Translations under genes and position numbers: made by a program
Part shown: positions 57,650 through 64,000 of the stretch, one piece after another
How the letters are laid out: each line of letters starts with the position of its first letter
Position numbering within the stretch: position 1 is the stretch's first letter
Assembly: GCA_028716965.1 (NCBI GenBank)
Contig: JAQUOV010000005.1
Coordinates: 71,009-135,008 of the forward strand
DNA: 64,000 bases
From: Candidatus Omnitrophota bacterium
GTDB taxonomy: Bacteria > Omnitrophota > Gorgyraeia > Gygaellales > Profunditerraquicolaceae
Direction of reading: 5' to 3'
The notes under the pieces: generated by a model
What the model was told of the DNA's origin: nothing
Seen by the model: only the letters and a program-made list of their open reading frames with translations
The model's database searches: none

Positions 57650-60600
57650 TATTTAGCCTTTTCTGTCTTGATATCAAGGCATAAGCCTTGTAATTCTTTG
57701 ATTAAAACATTAAACGACTCCGGAGTACCGTGAGTTAAGCGCTGCTCGCCCTTAACAATTGCTTCATAAATACGCGTCCTGCCGCTGACATCGTCGCTCT
57801 TGACAGTAAGCATCTCCTGTAAAGTAAAAGCCGCTCCATATGCTTCCAGGGCCCAAACCTCCATCTCCCCGAGCCTCTGGCCGCCAAACTGCGCCTTACC
57901 GCCTAATGGCTGCTGGGTTACCAAAGAATAAGGCCCGATAGAACGGGCATGTATCTTTTCATCAACCAGATGGATCAATTTCAACACATACATAAAACCA
58001 ACGGTTACCTTCTGGTCAAAAGGCTCCCCGCTGTAACCGTCATAAAGAGTAATCTTGCCATCCTCCGGGAGCCCTGCTTTCCTCAACAGATCTTTAATTT
58101 CAATCTCCTTGGCTCCGTCAAATATCGGGCAGCTTACTTTTAAACCCAAACTCTTAACCGCCCATCCCAAATGACATTCAAGTATCTGCCCTACGTTCAT
58201 ACGTGAAGGTACGCCTAACGGGTTTAGTACTACATCCACCGGCGTGCCATCAGGCATATAAGGCATATTTTCTTCGGGAATAATCCTGGCTACCACACCC
58301 TTATTACCGTGGCGGCCGGCTAATTTATCCCCTTCGGAAAGTTTTCTCTTTGTAGCTATATAAACTACGACCCTCTTCAAGATACCCGTGGGCAATTCGT
58401 CTCCGCGGCGCACCTTCTCAATCTCCTGTTCTTCTTCAGCCAAAAGTTCCTGCATCTGCTCGTCAAAAGAAGCAGCTAAAATCTTTGCTTCGTCATTATC
58501 GCTAAAATCAAACTTCTCTACCTTCTTCTTTTCAATCCCCAAGACCTGGGCTAAACGCACATTCTTTTCGATCTGCAGGAATTCAATCTCCTGCTTATAA
58601 TAAGCTTTAAGTTCACGAATCTTAGCTAGTTCTTTTGTCTTTTCTTCCTTTGTTTTACGTCCGCGGTCTTTACGCTGAAAAACATGCACGTCAATGACCA
58701 CCCCCTCAACTCCCGGAGGCACAACCAAAGATGTATCGCGTACATCCCCGGCCTTCTCTCCGAAAATTGCGCGTAGTAATCTTTCTTCGGGGCTTGGTTC
58801 AGAATCAGTCTTAGGGGTAATCTTGCCTACCAGGATATCCCCTGCGCCGACTTCTGCTCCAACACGAATAATCCCGTCTTCATCCAGGTTCTTTAAAGCC
58901 TCTTCGCTGACATTGGGAATATCACGGGTAATCTCCTCGTTCCCCAGCCTGGTTTCAGCAGCCTCAATCTCAAATTCTTCGATATGAATGGAGGTGAAGG
59001 TATCTTCTTTGATTAATTTCTCGCTGATAAGAATAGCATCTTCAAAGTTATAGCCTCTCCAGGGCATAAAAGCCACTAGAACATTTTTACCTAAAGCCAG
59101 CTCGCCTTCTTTTGTAGCAATCCCATCGGCAATTGCCTGGCCAGCCTCTACGCGGTCGCCTAAACTTACCAATGGTCTCTGGTTAATTGAGGTGTCCGCA
59201 TTAGTGCGCAGGAATTTCTTTAGATGGTAAATCTTCTTGCCTACGGTAATTGACGAAGAATCCACACTGGTTACTTTGCCGGATTCTTGAGCAATAACCA
59301 CTGTACCGGAATCCTGCGCTACCTTTGACTCCATATCAGTACCAACCAAAGGAGATTCGGTAATCATCAGCGGTACAGCCTGCCTTTGCATATTAGAACC
59401 CATCAGCGCGCGGTTGGCGTCATCATGCTCTAAGAAAGGAATCAATGCGGCAGCAACGGATACAAGCTGCTTGGCGGAAACATCCATATACTGCACTTCT
59501 TTTGCCAAAACTTTTGGGAAATCTTCTCTATAGCGGCAGGTAACAAACTTATCTACAAATCTTCCTTCGCTGTCTAAGGCAACATCAGCCTGAGCAATAA
59601 TCTTATCCTCTTCGATATCTGCGGTTAAATATTCAAATTTTTTAGTTACGCGGCCATCCTCTACCTTGCGGTATGGGGTTTCAATCAAACCCAAAGCATT
59701 AATACGCGCAAAACAGCTTAAAGAAGCAATCAGGCCGATATTCGGTCCTTCGGGAGTTTCAATAGGACATACCCTCCCATAATGAGAAGGATGGATATCC
59801 CTAACTTCAAAACCTGCCCTTTCGCGCGAGAGACCGCCAGGTCCTAAAGCGCTCAAACGGCGCTTATGTGTCATCTCTGCCAGAGGATTAATCTGATCCA
59901 TGAACTGGGACAACTGGCTGCGTCCGAAGAAATCACGGATCTGATTGCTTAGAAGCTTGGAGTTGATCAAATAATGCACATTTAAATTATCAAACTCGCC
60001 TAAAATACTAAGCCTTTCCTTAATTGAACGCTCAACCCTGGAAAGCCCGATACGTACCTGATTCTGCACTAATTCCCCGACGCTCTTTACGCGGCGGTTA
60101 CCCAAATGGTCTATGTCATCAATCTTGCCTGTGCCGGCATTTAACCGGATTAGATATTCAATTACCTTTATTACAGTGTCTGAATCAAGTATCCTCTTTT
60201 CTAAAGATACATTCATATCTAATTTACGGTTCAGGATAAAACGACCCGCCCGCTCCAAATCATACCTGGCAGGATCAAAAAATAGCCTGTAAAACAGGCC
60301 CTCCGCAGCCTCTTTGGTAACCGGTTCAGTAGGCCGCATCTTACGGTAGAAGTCAAGGTATGCCTCTTCCTTATTCTTGGTGTAATCTTTTTTCAGGGTA
60401 TTGACGATCTCGGGATGTTCTTTTCCGAAAGCGGCGAAGATCTGGTTGTCTTCAGAAAAGCCCAGTATCCTTAGGATCTGCGTTGCGGGAAAATTTCTGC
60501 GGCGGTCAACATAAGCGGTGATTGTTTCGGTAAGGTCATATTTAAACTCAAGCCAGGCGCCGCGGTAAGGGATAACCCGGCCGTAAAAGATCTTCTTGCC

Positions 60601-61053
60601 GGTAGGATGCAGTTCTTCTTCAAAAGACACACCGGGAGAACGCTGCAACTGGCTGACAACCACACGCTCATCACCATTAATAATAAAGGTACCGGTTTCA
60701 GTCATCAAAGGTATCTCGCCAAAATAGGCGTCTTGCTCTTTTGTTTCCCGGGGAGTAGTCAAACGGAACTTCACCTTAAGCGGAGAAGCATAAGTCAATG
60801 AGCGGTTCTTAGATTCACCTATTGTATATTTAGGCTTGCCTAAAGAATAGCTGATAAATTCCAATTTTACCGACCGGTCAGGGCTTTCTATGGGAAAAAT
60901 CTCTCCGAATACCTCTTGCAGCCCCTGGTTCTTTTTTTCATCTGCCGGCACATCCATCTGCAAAAATTCACGATAGGTATCAAGCTGCACATCCAAAAGA
61001 TTAGGCAAATCGTAAACTTCTTTTATCTTAGCAAAGCTTTTACGTTTATTCAT
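57649..61053 (-). CDS. rpoB: DNA-directed RNA polymerase subunit beta
   Basis: 1134 aa; conserved rpoB blocks; overlaps rpoC start by 1 nt. Confidence 0.97.
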   Translation of the reverse strand: MNKRKSFAKIKEVYDLPNLLDVQLDTYREFLQMDVPADEKKNQGLQEVFGEIFPIESPDRSVKLEFISYSLGKPKYTIGESKNRSLTYASPLKVKFRLTTPRETKEQDAYFGEIPLMTETGTFIINGDERVVVSQLQRSPGVSFEEELHPTGKKIFYGRVIPYRGAWLEFKYDLTETITAYVDRRRNFPATQILRILGFSEDNQIFAAFGKEHPEIVNTLKKDYTKNKEEAYLDFYRKMRPTEPVTKEAAEGLFYRLFFDPARYDLERAGRFILNRKLDMNVSLEKRILDSDTVIKVIEYLIRLNAGTGKIDDIDHLGNRRVKSVGELVQNQVRIGLSRVERSIKERLSILGEFDNLNVHYLINSKLLSNQIRDFFGRSQLSQFMDQINPLAEMTHKRRLSALGPGGLSRERAGFEVRDIHPSHYGRVCPIETPEGPNIGLIASLSCFARINALGLIETPYRKVEDGRVTKKFEYLTADIEEDKIIAQADVALDSEGRFVDKFVTCRYREDFPKVLAKEVQYMDVSAKQLVSVAAALIPFLEHDDANRALMGSNMQRQAVPLMITESPLVGTDMESKVAQDSGTVVIAQESGKVTSVDSSSITVGKKIYHLKKFLRTNADTSINQRPLVSLGDRVEAGQAIADGIATKEGELALGKNVLVAFMPWRGYNFEDAILISEKLIKEDTFTSIHIEEFEIEAAETRLGNEEITRDIPNVSEEALKNLDEDGIIRVGAEVGAGDILVGKITPKTDSEPSPEERLLRAIFGEKAGDVRDTSLVVPPGVEGVVIDVHVFQRKDRGRKTKEEKTKELAKIRELKAYYKQEIEFLQIEKNVRLAQVLGIEKKKVEKFDFSDNDEAKILAASFDEQMQELLAEEEQEIEKVRRGDELPTGILKRVVVYIATKRKLSEGDKLAGRHGNKGVVARIIPEENMPYMPDGTPVDVVLNPLGVPSRMNVGQILECHLGWAVKSLGLKVSCPIFDGAKEIEIKDLLRKAGLPEDGKITLYDGYSGEPFDQKVTVGFMYVLKLIHLVDEKIHARSIGPYSLVTQQPLGGKAQFGGQRLGEMEVWALEAYGAAFTLQEMLTVKSDDVSGRTRIYEAIVKGEQRLTHGTPESFNVLIKELQGLCLDIKTEKAK

Positions 61054-61168
61054 AATCCCTTATGGCTTTGGCTATCAGAAGCCAAACCATAACCCTGTAA
61101 TTAATGGCTAAATTCAGCCTATCTTTAGTTACTTTAGTTTAATTAAATTTACTTATACTTACTTAAAC

Positions 61169-61552
61169 TTACTTTAACTCTACGGTTGCTCCGGCTGCTT
61201 CCAGTTTCTTTTTCATTTCAGCAGCTTCATCTTTAGTAGCGCCTTCTTTAACGGCTTTAGGAGCAGCATCTACTAAATCCTTAGCTTCTTTCAGCCCTAA
61301 GCTTGTAATAGCGCGGACCTCTTTAATTACCGCGATTTTATTCGCTCCGGAACTAACCAGCATTACGGTAAATACGCTTTTCTCCTCGGCTGCAGCAGCC
61401 GGGGCAGCAGCACCGGCGCTAGGTGCAGCCATCATCGGCATATTCGCACTTACGCCAAACTTTTCTTCTAAAGCTTTAACTAAGTCCGAGAGCTCTAAAA
61501 CACTCATCGTCTCTATTGACTTGATTAATTCTTCCATTTTCTCGGTTGCCAT
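61169..61552 (-). CDS. rplL: 50S ribosomal protein L7/L12
   Basis: [34 protein letters not shown]...; the track ORF's 10-codon 5' extension runs into REP copy 4. Confidence 0.93.
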   Translation of the reverse strand: MATEKMEELIKSIETMSVLELSDLVKALEEKFGVSANMPMMAAPSAGAAAPAAAAEEKSVFTVMLVSSGANKIAVIKEVRAITSLGLKEAKDLVDAAPKAVKEGATKDEAAEMKKKLEAAGATVELK

Positions 61553-61578
61553 TTCTTCCTCCTTTGTCCACCCGGACA

Positions 61579-61611
61579 ACACCCGCGCAATTTGCGCTAA
61601 GCGCGGGGTGT
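61579..61611. repeat. REP-like element, minimal 33-bp hairpin form (copy 4)
   Basis: ACACCCGCGCAATTTGCGCTAAGCGCGGGGTGT between rplJ and rplL. Confidence 0.75.
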
Positions 61612-61628
61612 CTATGTACGGATTGTTA

Positions 61629-62156
61629 TTATTTTGATTTACTCTGTTTAATCTGGTCTAAACAATAAACAAATTTCTTTAAAGTTTGGTTTAAAACAAC
61701 CACCAGCTTTACTATCGGCCCGTTCAAAGCGCCGACTACCTGAGCCCTGAGCACTTCTTTAGAAGGAAGACTGCTCATGGTTTCTATATCTTTTGAGGTC
61801 AATAACTTCTCATCCAGTATCCCGCCTTCCAGCATAAGCTTTTCATGCTCCTTACGGAAGGCACAGAGAATCTTGGAAGTATCCACCGGCTCGTCCTTGA
61901 AAAAGATCAACCCGCAAGGCGACTCAATAGAATTAACCAGATCATTCAGGCCTAATTCCTTCATTGCCCTTCTGGCTACGCTATTTTTGACTACAAAGAG
62001 ATCTGAACCGGTGGCTTTAAGCGTTTTTCTTAACCCGCTCATATCAGGGCTGGCCACCCCGGAGTATTTTACGATAATCATGCCCTTGGATGATTTGAAG
62101 TTGCTCTTTATGCGACTCTCTGATACTTCTTTTACCAACAACCCTATTTTTTTCAT
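61629..62156 (-). CDS. rplJ: 50S ribosomal protein L10
   Basis: canonical. Confidence 0.93.
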   Translation of the reverse strand: MKKIGLLVKEVSESRIKSNFKSSKGMIIVKYSGVASPDMSGLRKTLKATGSDLFVVKNSVARRAMKELGLNDLVNSIESPCGLIFFKDEPVDTSKILCAFRKEHEKLMLEGGILDEKLLTSKDIETMSSLPSKEVLRAQVVGALNGPIVKLVVVLNQTLKKFVYCLDQIKQSKSK

Positions 62157-62185
62157 ATTATAAGCTCATATTGTGTACTGCTATC

Positions 62186-62866
62186 TTAACAAGCGACCCG
62201 TAACCCGGGGTTCATAGAAGCAGCAATGCTTAGACTCTTTACAAATTTACCTTTTACAGACACAGGCCTGGATTCATTAACAGCCTCAATGACCCTGGAA
62301 GCATTGTCATTCAGCTGTTCTTCGCTGAATGAAATTTTGCCCACGGACAAATGCATCCCGCCCTGCTTATCAACGCGAAACTCAACCTTGCCTTTTCTTA
62401 CATCCTCGATAGCTTTTACAATATCATTAGTAACTGTGCCGGTCTTGGGGCTGGGCATCAGACCACGCGGGCCAAGCACCTTTCCCAGCTTACTTAAATC
62501 TTTCATCATCTCGGGAGTAGCTATAGCGCAATCAAAATCAAGGAATCCGGCGCCGACTTTATCTATCAACTCCGTGCCCCCTACATAATCGGCTTTTGCT
62601 TCCCTGGCCTGGCGGTCATGTTCACCTTTACAAAACACTGCCACGCGTACCTTTTTACCGGTCCCGTGCGGCAGCACTACCGTCCCGCGTACCATCTGGT
62701 CGCTTTTCTTAGTATCCACATTCAAATTAAAATGCAGGTCAACTGAGCCGTCAAACTTTGGTTTAGGCAGCTTTTTTAATAAAATAATCGCCTCCTTTAA
62801 CTGATAAAGCTTGTTCAGCTCAACCTGCTTAATTGATTCTTTATATCTCTTGCTTTGGACCTTCAT
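62186..62866 (-). CDS. rplA: 50S ribosomal protein L1
   Basis: canonical. Confidence 0.95.
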   Translation of the reverse strand: MKVQSKRYKESIKQVELNKLYQLKEAIILLKKLPKPKFDGSVDLHFNLNVDTKKSDQMVRGTVVLPHGTGKKVRVAVFCKGEHDRQAREAKADYVGGTELIDKVGAGFLDFDCAIATPEMMKDLSKLGKVLGPRGLMPSPKTGTVTNDIVKAIEDVRKGKVEFRVDKQGGMHLSVGKISFSEEQLNDNASRVIEAVNESRPVSVKGKFVKSLSIAASMNPGLRVAC

Positions 62867-62924
62867 CTACGCATCTCCTAATCAAAACTTATCTTACCGC
62901 AAAACACCCGGCGATAACATACGG

Positions 62925-63350
62925 CTACCCTTCAATAGCAATGCCCATGCTCCGGGCAGTACCTTCAATAATCTTAACCGCCTGTTCCATGCTGGCGGTA
63001 TTCAAATCCGGAAGCTTAAGCTTGGCGATCTCTTCAACCTGTTTTTTAGTTACCTTGCCAATAGTCTCTTTCCCGCTGGTGCCTGATGCCTTGGCCAGGT
63101 TCGCCGCCCTTTTCAATAAAATAGATGACGGCGGGCTCTTAATAATAAAGGTAAAGGTCCTGTCCTCATAAACACTGATCACTACCGGCAGGATCAAGCC
63201 ATCCTTACCCTTAGTCTGGTCATTAAACTGCTTGCAGAACTGCATTATGTTTACGCCATGCTGGCCTAAAGCCGGGCCTACCGGAGGAGCAGGGTTTGCC
63301 TGCGCTGCCGGAACATGCAATTTGATCTGTGCCTTAATTGCTTTTGCCAT
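62925..63350 (-). CDS. rplK: 50S ribosomal protein L11
   Basis: canonical. Confidence 0.95.
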   Translation of the reverse strand: MAKAIKAQIKLHVPAAQANPAPPVGPALGQHGVNIMQFCKQFNDQTKGKDGLILPVVISVYEDRTFTFIIKSPPSSILLKRAANLAKASGTSGKETIGKVTKKQVEEIAKLKLPDLNTASMEQAVKIIEGTARSMGIAIEG

Positions 63351-63352
63351 GG

Positions 63353-63880
63353 TTATACCCTCTCCACCTGCCAGTACTCTAACTCTACCGGCGTAGAGCG
63401 ACCGAATATAGAAACGCTTACCTTAACCTTACCTTTTTCGGGATAGACTTCTTCGATTACACCGTTAAAATTCAAGAACGGCCCTTCATTAACCCTTACC
63501 TGTTCGCCTTTCTCAAAAACTATTTTAGGCGAAGGTTTGGCAACAGTTTCCTTTGAACGCTTGAGAATACTATCGACCTCTTCCTGGGGAAGAGGAACAG
63601 GTTTCCTGCCCAGACCGATAAAACCCGTCACTCCCGAAGAATTCTTAATAAAAAGATATGTCTCTTCGCTTAAGTCCATTTCTACCAGTAAATACCCCGG
63701 GAAAAACTTTCTTTGGGTTATCTTTTTTTTGCCGGAACGTACTTCCGAAACCTGTTCCGTAGGGATAACCACGCTGGGGATTAGATCTTTAAGGCCGCTT
63801 GCTTCAATCTTTTTTTCCAAAGATGCCTTTACCTTCTCTTCTATCCCGGTCTGAGTATGAACAACATACCATTTTTTCAT
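63353..63880 (-). CDS. nusG: transcription termination/antitermination factor NusG
   Basis: NGN plus KOW domains. Confidence 0.93.
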   Translation of the reverse strand: MKKWYVVHTQTGIEEKVKASLEKKIEASGLKDLIPSVVIPTEQVSEVRSGKKKITQRKFFPGYLLVEMDLSEETYLFIKNSSGVTGFIGLGRKPVPLPQEEVDSILKRSKETVAKPSPKIVFEKGEQVRVNEGPFLNFNGVIEEVYPEKGKVKVSVSIFGRSTPVELEYWQVERV

Positions 63881-64000
63881 TTGAAGACCACACTTAAGAA
63901 TCTGGATAATCCCAGATCAACTATGCCGATAAAAATTGTCATTATCCCTGTAACGGTAATTACTAAAACCGTGGAAGCCAAAAGCTCTTTTCGGGTTGAC
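63877..64000 (-). CDS. secE: preprotein translocase subunit SecE (C-terminal TM helix; partial, start beyond window)
   Basis: Reverse-strand translation ...[40 protein letters not shown] ; stop overlaps nusG ATG (ATGA). Confidence 0.7.
   Translation of the reverse strand, partial: STRKELLASTVLVITVTGIMTIFIGIVDLGLSRFLSVVFK

Noticed and set aside
1-64000. CRISPR arrays, IS elements, integrases, phage genes
   Set aside because: There are no regularly spaced direct repeats with unique spacers. There is no transposase, integrase or phage-like ORF in any frame. The repeats present are short non-autonomous palindromic elements.

Overview
All 84 genes in this 64 kb bacterial window are on the minus strand. 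Running from high to low coordinates the content is as follows. (1) 63.9-33.7 kb holds the canonical secE-nusG-rplKAJL-rpoBC-str-S10-spc-alpha ribosomal superoperon. It has no L30 gene, a type-Z S14, an L15 with an N-terminal extension, an L17 with a C-terminal extension, and an L24 with a Cys4 motif. (2) 33.7-26.1 kb is a metabolic block: aminotransferase, archaeal-type LeuC and LeuD with a pilT inserted between them, an IDH/IPMDH-family dehydrogenase, MDH, an E3-like flavoprotein, and a free-standing 78-aa lipoyl-domain protein. (3) 26.0-21.7 kb holds a GAF-HD-GYP protein plus a membrane-glycolipid module (GT28 MGDG/UgtP-like, LpxL-like acyltransferase, GT2, small membrane protein). (4) 21.7-9.9 kb is a cobalamin uptake and salvage island: cobO | btuF-btuC-btuD-cobC | cobU-cobT-cobS-cobQ-(PP-loop ATPase) | btuB | tonB-like. 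Two cobalamin riboswitches control it, one upstream of btuB and one upstream of btuF. (5) 9.9-0 kb: rpsU, a sugar-phosphate isomerase, a MEMO1/AmmeMemoRadiSam-B protein, DUF1844, trm112-like, aroQ, pepP, efp, accB, accC, an Asp23 pair, pfk, gmhA, and a partial hldE domain II. I found no tRNA, rRNA, CRISPR array or transposase gene. The most unusual coding feature is a Dph6/MJ0570-type PP-loop ATPase translationally coupled to the 3' end of the cob operon. The most unusual non-coding content is three families of short repeated elements. The first is a 79-bp palindromic REP-like unit with 4 copies, two of them identical. The second is a TA-rich, stop-codon-dense 'TAGTA' spacer element. It sits immediately upstream of rplB, rplV, rplE, fusA and aroQ and inside the btuB riboswitch. 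The third is a GCGCATAACTTAC hairpin family. Every plus-strand ORF in the six-frame track looks like an antisense artefact. I have not assigned the lineage; the missing L30 is only a weak hint.
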